Below are positions 26,801-38,800 of a DNA stretch of 64,000 bases, one piece after another (the first letter of the stretch is position 1; the number at the start of each line of letters is the position of its first letter). This stretch comes from Antedon mediterranea (lineage: Eukaryota > Animalia > Echinodermata). The stretch spans positions 7,192,001 to 7,256,000 of the forward strand of contig NC_092674.1 of assembly GCF_964355755.1 (NCBI RefSeq), written 5' to 3'. Position numbers and translations under genes: made by a program. The notes beneath the pieces were generated by a model. It was not told the origin of the DNA. It ran no database searches and worked only from the letters and a program-made list of their open reading frames with translations.

Positions 26801-29800
26801 CAAATAATTTGTTTTGAAAGAGTGTACAATGATATTTAAACTTCTATAACAATTTGGATTATTTTATTAGTTATCCGAGCGGATAACTCCTTGTTATTGT
26901 ATGAGATCAACATTTTTTTTCTGTTTTTACAATTTCCTGACTAAACATTATGTCTTTACCTTCCCTACTTAGATCTTATGTTTAGTGCACTTGTTATAAC
27001 GTTCTATGAAAGATAAAAAACAAAAAAGCACAAAGTTACATTTTATTATTTAATATTGTTTTTAAAAATTGTCTGCTGCCACCTATAATTCTTGATTTAT
27101 TAGAGAAGACCAACAAATTATGATACATGTATAGTAAACATGATAGACCACAATACTACTAGATTAGATTAAACATAAGGTCTGCCTTAAGATAGAGTAG
27201 TACTCAAACTTATCTGTATTCAAAAGACAAGTGACACTCTAAGGTCCACTCAAAAGATTGTTTGCACTTATTTGTCAGAAGAGGAGCAATGAATCATGAA
27301 TTATTTTGTGACAAAGACGTATAATTTGGTATAATATAAAAGTTAACATTTTAATACTTAATTAGGTCATCTTTTAAGTTCATCTATGGTAAGTATTAAA
27401 GCAATAGTCATCAATTGCCCCTGTATCAGGGAGATTACCACCTATCTGATAGGACAGTGATTAATTTACTATTGGTAATCCTTGGCTACATTGCCTAAAG
27501 ACATAAAATAAAATGTTCCTATTGTTCGAATATTGAGGTAGTTTAGGGTCTTTTTATGTTTGTCATCAACATCAACACATTGTGAGGCTATCATAAAATA
27601 TATTTACAATTTTTGTGTAATGTTGTATCAGAAGAAGTAAAATTAAAAATAATATATTTTATATAAAATATGATTTTCTGTTTGTTTTACCTTACTTAGG
27701 TATTTCTAGGGTAAAGAAGATTATTGTCAATTTGCAGGACTCCAAGTCTGTTTTAATTTCGAGTTAAATTTAAATATTAAAATGTTCCAATAGTTTGTTG
27801 TTGTTCATGCATGTTATAGGATAATTCAGTTCAAACGGTTTTCTATTGCGAATTCATTTAAATTTCTGGTTTTTTACTGTTAGTTTTTGCATGTTTTCTG
27901 TAAATATTTTAATAACCTTTTAAAATGTGAAATTGTGTAGTTTTTTTTCTACAGAAATTAATATGTTTTAGTTCAATTCTTGTTTTGCATGTAAAATTGT
28001 TTTTTATTTCTTGAGTTCTTGACTTTACTTACAAGATTTGTTTTGTTTTTAATTTTTCTTTTTTGAATGATGTTGGAATTTGAATTGTTAATTTGTGTTA
28101 TTTCGTTCCACTGTTCATTAACCAATCATGTTTCACTACTTATTTGACTAATACCAACGTACAAATACTACTCATTCTCCTTTTAAAAATAAAAATAGCA
28201 ATTTTTATATTATTGCCTACCAAATGGTTCGATCATACAGCATGATAGTTGATACAATAATGCTGCATCAGCTGATTTTAATTTTGGTGCCAACAGAATT
28301 TATGGTTGCATTTTTCTCTTGTTATTGAAAGAGATCAGAAAATGAATTAAGTAACTTGTGCAGTGATGCAATGCTTGTCAAGTTCCGATTCCAGGATTGT
28401 GTTGTGTGTGTGTTGGACGTTCAACTACTGATCGAGGTTCGAATCCAACTCTCGCCACGTTTGCCTCTCACCACCCAGGTGTATAAATGAGAACCCGGTT
28501 AGATCAAGACACAACTTTGCACTGATTACTAGCTGCATTATGTTTGATACAAAAAAAATGACTGAGGTAATATTTAATGTTCAGTGCTTAGAGGTTTCAC
28601 AACATTAACTATATAAATCCAGAATATTATTATTATAATCAGTAAGGCTTTGTGCTGTTTTGTGATGTTATACAATAAAGAGTTAGCCATCATATCTATT
28701 GAAAAACTTTACTATCAGTAGTATAAAAATTAATTATTCTATTATTTAGAAATAATATGAAGAATCACATAAATCAGTTTATCCACAGTATAGTTTTTAT
28801 AAAATTATTACATTATCAAAGAAAGAAAAAGAAAAACAAAATGCAGTCATTGCAAACGTACTGCTGGATGATTTAGTAATGTGGGCTTGACATTGGTATA
28901 TGAATTGAATATTTGTGACTGTCACTCTCCATGCTGAATCGTGTATCAAGGCCAAGATTCCTGAGAAAACCAGAGAAGAAAAAAGTTTTTTCCCTTCAAT
29001 TTCCATCCAGCCTCTAAAAAAAGGATAATGTCAGTTGACTTTAAAAGGAGAAACCTTTAGTTTATTTGATATACTGTATTATCCTCTGGTGTAATCCCAC
29101 TTCCTAGAACACATGAAATTAGGCCACCTTTTAGGTAGGACTATACACAGGGAAAGCCTGATTCAGAAAAAAAAATGATTGGTAAATATTTCTTGTAAAG
29201 ACTCATCTGAACTTGCTAGAGAGAGAGGCCTAAATCCAGACCAAAAGTCAATACTGGGACTATACCCAGAGATATGCCTGTTTGTGAAATCAGACATAAA
29301 GATGGGTTGAATTAGACCTAAAGTGGGATTATAACAGAGGATATGTGGTAGTTAAACAAGTAAGTTATTGTATTATATGCTGAATAAACTATTTTGTATT
29401 CATATACAGTGGAGTATTTATTTTTACATTAGGCCTATTGTAATAATTAGGTGTACAACAGAATGCATGCTGATCAACAGTGTACTATTTTTTAACATAC
29501 TGTTCTTAAAATCGGAAGAATTTTATTAGGTACAATTTATTAACGATCAAATTCATGTATTATATAATATATTATTTTTACAAATTGATAATGGTTACCG
29601 TAAATCTTCTAATTGTAACCCTGGGCTCTTATTCTTTGATTGTTTTTTAGGGTGTAGACTATTTGAAGGGGGTTACTATTAAAAGGGGGTTACTATTGAA
29701 AGGGGAGTTAGGGTTACTTATTACTAAAGTTAGGCACTAATTATTCCGGTCAGCAAATCAGCAAAATAATAAAACAGTCGAATAAACAAATTTGTTTGAA

Positions 29801-32800
29801 CTGTAACTTTATTTTTTAGAGTAGTGGGTTATTTATTATAGATTGACTTAAAGTGGGTTACTATTAGAAGGGGGGGGGGGGGGGTTACTATTAAACTGTG
29901 GGTTACTATTAGAATATTTACCGTATATTTTAAATATTGCCTCAATTAATACAGAGATGATAAAAAGAAGTATAAAATATTTTAATAGTAATAATTTTAT
30001 GTACCCTATAAATTGATTTGAATAATTTATAATGAAAATAATATAAATATAATAGACCTAAAAAAAATATTTAAAAATATAATAGTTATTAAAATTGATA
30101 TATAATTTAAATTAATAATGATAAAATTTAAAACAGAATATTGATATATTAATATTATTATATTATTATATTATAACTACCCATACTCATCATAAAAAGG
30201 ATCTTATTTTTCTGGTTTGTTCATTTCTGATCTATTCCAAGTTTGTTTTCTTTGTTTTTGCTGAAAGTGTGTTCCTTTTGTTTGCTCGGAGGTACGACAA
30301 AACATTTGGTTTATACGACACATGCAAATTAGTTCCGGCATTTCACAATGCGGAGCGATATTTTACTGTGTGTTGTCACAGGATTGATGAGCGCGAGCTG
30401 TTTTTGAGCAAGTGTTTTCAAGCCTAGATATAGCCAGGCACAGACAACAAGATGGCAATGGACTCTACTAAAAACCTAGATTTACTACTTCTCGCTGGTA
30501 AGCAAATATTTGTTGGAATTGTTTAATGTATTTTATGTGTTGATTATCTGAGTACTTCTAAAAGAAATATCATCACCAGTATTTCGTTTATCGTGATTTT
30601 TCGAAAGTTTTTGCAAACCAGGAAGTGGCCTAGCTAGGTGAACGTCCAAACGTTGTGTTGTTGTGCTGTAGTATTATAAGCATGTGCGATCACTTCCGGT
30701 TTTCGGAAGATGTTGATAAACTTCTAAAATAAAACAATAATTTAACGGTATATTGCCGCGATTGTTATTGTTTCATGTTCTAAGGTCATGAGTGTAGCTT
30801 ACAAGACATGTATTTGTTGAATTTTTTTTTGTTTGCCATGCGAATTTTGAGGTACAAAGCCGAACCAGGAAGTGGGTGTCTGTTCGGAGGCTGCAGACGA
30901 TTTCGTGAAGAAGGGGGCCTTTCTCCCCATCTGTCTCAAATATACGTACAAGGCCTAGCGAATAATTTGGCCTAGTTTCCATTTAGTTTTCAGTTCAGTT
31001 TTCCGTTCATATTTGAAATATATTTATAACTTAGCTGTGTTATATATCGTATTTTTTTTTACTGTTTTACTGGTTAATAATAAATACTGTAACTTATAAA
31101 TAAGGTTATTTTGGTTTAGGGCCTCTGCTGTGTTGACATCAGTCAATAACAACATCAGTAGTTGTTACGAAGTTCTTGAAGAAACCTAGTTTATTGTAAT
31201 ACATGTTTTGTACTGTACAAACGTTACTTTGTAATAGTAATACAGTAATTTTCTTAAGCTTTAAAATATTATGTTTCTTACTAACAACGTACCAAATAAA
31301 TAACTATATTATATAGTTGTTTAATTGGTACATTGTTAGTAAGAAACCAGTAATAACAACATGCCCTTATTTGAACAGTGTATTAAAACTTGGCTCGTAA
31401 TACATTTTACAGTATATATCAAAATTCTATATAATTATAGCAAGTAGTTATTATGCTACTACCAGTATTTTCTTCTACTTCCATCGTCTTTGTTCGCGCT
31501 CAATATTAAGAATGTTTCCTGTTTACTACTATCCGTGCTTTGTGCTTTGAGTGGTGGATTTCCAGATGGAAGTTGTCTTTAATAAGGTACATCCATCCAT
31601 TTTTAGAATTTTTGTATAAATATGTCCTCAAGAAGTCAGGAGTTCACCTTTTCAATTTCTACTCCAGAGAACAAAAGTAATCAAAATTAGTTTGTTGTGC
31701 CTTTGTTGAAATCCAGGTGGTCCAGTAAGTACTGTATAGTTTAATATTTCCTTTATTAAGCATTAAAGATATATTTATTATTCTTCCACCAGTAAAACAT
31801 GTTTGAATAGAGTTAGTAAACCCATAGATATTATGGTGCACTCTCTATGGTAAACCTCATCAGAAAAGGAACGCAATTTTTTTTAAATTTAAAAATTATA
31901 TTTATATATGTATAACTGTATATTTCCAATTAATGTATAGACCATTCTTGTTATTACGGTAATTATGTTATTGTTATCTGGAACTGTATTATTTGTTTGC
32001 CTAAATCTGTACAAGAGCCACATATACTGTAGTGGTACTGTATGCTGCAGTAGTACACCTGCAGTAACCATAGGCCTAGAGTATACTGTACCGGTACAAT
32101 AGCCAAACAATACACCTTGTATCGCAAGTAAAACAAGTTTTTTGTTTTGTTTTTTTTTCTCTTTCGTGGGGGTCATCCACATTTATTCATTCTGTTATAC
32201 AAATATATATTATACAAAATTGTTTGTAAAAATATAAAAACAATAAAATTCAATAGAGTTGTTAAAAAGGCACTATATCTATACATTTACATAAAATCGT
32301 AGTAAAAGTATGATTTAAAAACGTACATTTTATGGTTATTGCAAGTTATTGTGAAGGTACGCGCTAAATAAAACAAGTTAATAAGTATTTACTACCTGTG
32401 TTTAATTTGTAAGCAATTAACTAGAAGTTTACTGTAAATGTGAATATACATTATGCTTCCTTCATTTATTTTGTTCTCTCTATGATTGTCTTGTGTATGT
32501 TTCAAAGTCGGTTGTTTATAAGATGTATTCCCATAGGACAACTTTCCATGTCTGAGTGTCAATATTCCAATGAGATACTGTCTTATTAATTGGATTGAAG
32601 TCATCAAATTGTGGTGTTAAACCATCTTCTTTGCATTCAAATGACAGAATAATTTGCTCTTCTTCATATACAGTGGACCGTAGATTACCACCAGTATTAT
32701 TCATCAATTCAGAATACTAAAACATTATTTTATTGCTATAACCATATTTCCAGGGCTAGCTGTGAACAGTTTTAGGAAAATAGTAGGGTATACTGTACAG

Positions 32801-35800
32801 TGAAACTATGGGAGGTGGGGATTAAAAAGATAGGAATTGATGGTGACATTGACAGTAACTAATAATGACATTATTTAATAGTTAAATTAATTAATTCACT
32901 GTAACAATTTAGTTACTGAAAGTACTGTACTGTAAATAACATTAATGTATTATGTCTTGGGGATACACATTAATTTCAAATTTGAAAGATAAGAATTGTT
33001 ATCAATGGCGATAGTGACATTTTATAATGCATTGTTTATTTACACATGTCCTGTATCAGTACTGGGATATAAAATAACATCAAGAATTGTATATGCCCAG
33101 GTCTTATAAATTAACAATAGCTGCAAGGTTTGACCTTTAATGTTCTGTACACCGTCATTTTAATACATGATCTCAAGTTGTGAGCAATGTACCAATATAT
33201 GCAATGTATCCTGTACCATGTTACCGTGAGTTACAGTATTTACTTGATGACGGATGCAAAGCTATGTTTTTAAATCAATTCAAATTTTCGCTTATTAAAA
33301 ATATAACAGTCTGCCATATGATTGGTTGTTGCCTACATGTCATTCCTTGTTTTATTATGCTACTGTAATTACTTACTTATTTACATATAATATTTCTTAT
33401 TGGTATTAAAAATATAGTTGTTAATATTCAGTAAGAATAAGTTACTTCTTCTTCCCTAGACTACTGGTCTAGGGCATTTATTTGTACAGCACATAGGCCA
33501 GCGGCCTGAGGTACATATATTATTTACCAAAATTAAATGACAAAAAGAATTGTTTCTTTTTTTTTAAATGCACAAACAATTGATTTAGACATATTTTCAA
33601 TTAAAAGTAATGTTTCTGTTACAGAATTGTTACATTTATTATTACTTTTAATAGCATTTGTTCTATGATAAAGGTGGGCACTGGATGGGAGAAGCCCTTG
33701 GTCATTGATAGGACCAGTCAAGGTACTTTAAATTGTCCTGGTTTAGTTTCATCCATCATTCAGATGAATGTAAATCTAATGAACATTGTCATTCGTCCAT
33801 ATACATATTTCGTTAATGCTGGTTGATCTCTCTTTTTTTTTCAATACAAAATAATGTGTCTTTATCAGTACTTTTTTTGTGTTAAATTGTAAAATATTTA
33901 CACGGTCGTTAAGCATCTTTTAGAATGAAAAAACTACAACAAACAATATTATATACAAATCTGTCTTTTATTATTCCACAACAAAGATATTGTAGTTGTA
34001 CTGTATGTGTTTGTATATCTGTACTACTATAATGTTAGGAAAATAGTCATTGATATGTTTTAATAAATTTATTAAATAATTAATTTTTTTTTTCAAGTTT
34101 CGACATTTATTTTCTATGCAATATGAATTATTTTATCTGATTATGAATTTAGAAACATGATAAATTAATACGATTTACTAAATTAAATTGTTTTAAATCT
34201 TTTTTTAATTTAGAAATATGATAAATTAATACGATTTACTAAATTAAATTGTTTTAAATCTTTTTTTAATCAGCAAATGCATGCAGTGAAGGCAGTGACA
34301 GCGTCTTGGCGACCTCTAATACAATTTCGTTTCCGGCAGCCGGAGAAACTATACTAGCAGCAAAGGCATTGCTTGACATTTCACCAACATCAGGGGAAGC
34401 AAAGAAGTTCCCAATCATAACAAAAGGTAATGTTTTGTTTTGCATTTCCACAACTGATTTATTTTGGTCTTTTTGTCATGTTTATATTATTTTACAGTAA
34501 TTACTGTATGTTATGAGAGTGACAAATAAAGTATGTACACACAACACTATACAGTACATGTACACATCTGTGTACTTTACAGTAGTTTGGATTTTGAGTA
34601 AATTTTTTGGTAAATTTGCAAACGACTTTAACAGTAATTAATTTAAAAAGTAATTAAATTGAAGAATTTTTTATAAAGTGTATGAAATTTCTTTTCAGTT
34701 AGTTTTATGTGTGTAATTCTATTATCTCGATAATATCAAATAGCGTGTGTGTTCAATCATATTCTTGATGCCGTTTTGTCTAAAGCTCTGTCTACACTAT
34801 CAAACTTTATATGACAAAAAATGTCATGTGCTCATACAGTATATAGACATGATGTCTTATCCCTACCATATAATATTTGGTATATCACTACTATATTTGG
34901 GTACATCACACTTTTTTAGTCAAACTAGTTTGTTAGTGTGGAAAGAGCTTAATTGTTGTTAACCATTCCATCGACATCCCTGGTGTGATTGGTTATAACA
35001 GTTCTTTGTCATCAACTCATCATGTAATAAAATGACACTGTTGTACAACCTGCAGTTAGCCCTCTACACCTCGGCAGCATTCATCAAATTCCTATCCAAA
35101 TAGGGACCCATCCAAATATGATGATTTGGCATTATACATATTATTACTGTATTGTGTATTTTCAATACCGTATATTTCGGTGTATAAGTCGCACCTGTGT
35201 ATAAGACGCACCCCCTAACTGAGAGTAAAATAACGGTATTTTTTATATCGTCGATGTATAAGACGCACTTTATATTTCATCAAAACAATGTTTTTTTAAA
35301 TTGTAATCAATATTATTGTAATAATATATTTTGTTATATCTACAACGGAGTCTTTAGTTAGGTTTTTTCTAGGCTCGGTCGCGTCCAGCCTCAACAAGTT
35401 CTTTCTAACTTGTTATTCATGAGTTTCGCACCCGCAACATCGAGTGCATGACCGTGTGTGTAACACGCACGTGTGTGCGCTAGCCTCGCTCGATCATTTC
35501 GAGAGGGTGCACGTTTTCACGGACAATCGTATTCAATACCGTACACCATGTGGCCGCCAAGAAGGGCTTGCGCTAGGCTAGGGGTACGGCGGTCGTACGT
35601 ATAACTATAAATAAATACATTCCAATCGTAAACGTTTACAAATGAAATTTTATTGGAGTGCCAAAAACAGCTCTATAATGAACAAATCTTTTCATCATAT
35701 TTAGTATAACATCACGCTAAAAATCCTGCCTTGAAAACTAGGCAGAAGCAGGTTGCCGTTACGTTAGTACACGGTGGCTAGCCTACGCCTAGCCGCGCCA

Positions 35801-38800
35801 ATAGGGTGACGATTATGTGCAATCAGTGTGGTGAGGCATTTATGTTCGGTGTATAAGACGCACCCTTAATTTAGAGGTCAAATTTGCGTGTCAGAAGTGC
35901 GACTTATACACCGAAATATACGGTACATTTCAGAGTGTGATATACTGTAAGCAGATCTTATCAGTAGCCCACTGGCCCAGTTAGATGTAAAATTTAATGG
36001 TTTACAAATCTCTATCCATCCGGCTACTTCAATCACCTACAGTATTTTAAGGCTGCTCTGAAAACTCTCCTTTTTAACTCTTTTTTTCCCCCTTAGTTTT
36101 CCACTTGTTATTTCTTTTAAGCGCTTTGTTGCCTTGCATAACGTATATAAGCCCACCATGTATTATTAATGTTGATACTTTAAATACTGTATACAGTATG
36201 ACCTAGGCTGTAATGAAATGATTATGTACAGTCTGTACCATAGTATAACTAAGGAATTTAGAAATGACACCTACTGTACATGAATTACATATCACCTTTT
36301 CAGGATGCTGCATCAGCATATGACATTTGACTGTAATGTTGTTAAGTTGTACGGAAGCTAAGTTGTCTGATACAGTTAGTGAAGCATACGTAGCCAAGTA
36401 GGAATTATGTAGAAGTAGTTATAGACATTGTAGTAGCTCACAAAACGCTGCACTGTACATTATGTACATAGTACAGTACGGTATATTTAGTGGAAAGACT
36501 AAAGAGTAAATTATTGCTTTGATGGGATATGATGATTGGCTATGATACATATTTCTACTTCAATTTATTTAAATCTATTTATGTTTTCTTTCTTAGATTC
36601 AAAACCTCCTGAAAGTTCTATTGATATTCTAATATCAGATATTGCGCCATTAATCAAAGTAGAGAGGTCAGACGACAATGACCTGGAAATGAAATCGGAC
36701 GACCTAACGGATAGTAGTAAGTATCCATGTATAATTCAATTTTTACTTTATTGTATGTCCATTTGTCCCATCCATGCCCACAATAGTTCGGTAAGTACTG
36801 TACGTAATCTATTCATTTGCTGTTGTGATGATTCTTGTGTGATTACACTGCTTGCCTTGTTTTATACCTTATACTGTATTTATCCTGTATTTATCCTGTT
36901 TATTTTTAAAGAGATTTTTAAACATTAGTATCTGTTGGTACAGGGAAATGTGAATTATTTTCTATGAGAATCATAGCTCATGCAAATTTTCCTGTACTTA
37001 CATATGGGGAAAAATTGATTATCCTAATTTTAACAATTATACTACCTACAACCTATTCATTTTTGGCTCTGATGGGTTTCCTTTTTCCACTACCTACAGT
37101 AGTTTAAATTTGGATAATTTGTAAAATACGTATTATGTAATATATTTTGAATTAAAATGAAATGAAAATTCCAATTATATTTTTCATTAAAATGAAAATT
37201 CCTTTGACAAGTTTGTTAATGTGTAGAACAGGATATTTTATACAGTTTGCTTTTACAGTTTTAAGAATTTTATTTTCTTGTTTAATAAGTGATTGTTGTA
37301 ACCTGGACAATTGTGTACTATTTTTAGTTGTTATTATTAGTGCATTTTCTAAGAATGTTATTGTATGAACTTGGTGAATGCATTAACTACCAATTATTCT
37401 TCTCTTAAACAATTAAGCGTCCCTTTGTTGAAAATTATAAAGGAGACATTCAAAATGTCAATCTCGCTTATACAGGAATTCCATTATCCATGCAAACATC
37501 AACACTTTTGCTACCCTTGCAACAATGCATTCTCCATGAATCAACTAAACCTACAGTGCCACCTGCTTTTCCCTTTGTTTTCTATTCCATACCCTATAGT
37601 TTACGCCACATTCATACGTTCGTTAAAAAATAGGACCATACCTTTGTGGATCGTCTGAAAATGCAGTCAAATCTTTCAACACTGGACTAGCCCAGAGATT
37701 CGGACCATCATGGGCCATCCAAAAGTATCCAGTTTGGAGAATTGACTGTAGTATAGACCATACATAAAAAAATGCAGTCAAATCTTCCAACACTGGACTA
37801 GCCCAGAGATTTGGACCATCATGGGCCATCCAAAGGTGTCCGGTTTTTGGAGAATTGACTGTAGTTATAGTATTTGTGGTGCATGATCGTATGCCATGGT
37901 TGTTGTTGTTGTTAATATTGTGCATGATGTGTCTCTCACCATTTCAGTCTTCCAATCTTTGCAACTATCAACCAGCCTGCCATTCATTCCATCTACCCTC
38001 TACTCTGGCACTCAATTAGACTTCAAACCAGGTAGGCGGTTCTATACATACAGTAATATGAAAATACAACTTTGACTTATTCTTATTAAATACAGTATTC
38101 TAAAGCAGTATGTATTACATAATATATTTAGTCTGTAGTCAATCTAGATTGGGTATACAGTAATTTATACTGTACTACAGTATCTTTTATAATCTATTTT
38201 CTATACAGTATTTGATTACAGTAACTGTATGTACAGTTTTTATTTATTTATTTGTACAGTAGTGAGTTTGTCCTGTTCTGATTAGGACAGTGGATGAATT
38301 CACATAAAGCAATAAGCTTACAATATTAATAATACTTGGATAATAATTAATACATACAGTCTAGATTAAAAAGCACTGTATGTATATTATTATTTACTTT
38401 TCACTCGGTCATTAATTTACAGTCAACTCTCCCCCATTGGGCTGTCTGAACTAAAAAAAAAAAAGATTCAAAATTGTTTTCTGATACAGAATGTGTGAAA
38501 TGAATTTGAAAACATTTTAGTGTGGGTGAATGGGTTCTGATTTAGGGAGCTGACTGTATTTACGGCTGATAAACTGGGCTTCTTTTATGGTTGTAATGTA
38601 TTATATAATCTCTGTACAGTTCAACCACCATGTGTACTGTATTTCTGAAATAAATTACCAACAATTTAAATTTCGTAAATGATAATATTTAATTTTATGT
38701 AAATAATTTAAAACACAGATGCTTACTTCAAATTTCCTGTTTGTGATTTCACAGGTATGTCGGTAAATTTAATGTAAAGCACTTACCAACAAAAAAAAAA

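Noticed and set aside
32140-32720. Possible decayed LINE 3' end on the minus strand
   Set aside because: Only vague resemblance and an A-rich tail; cannot be supported without a search.
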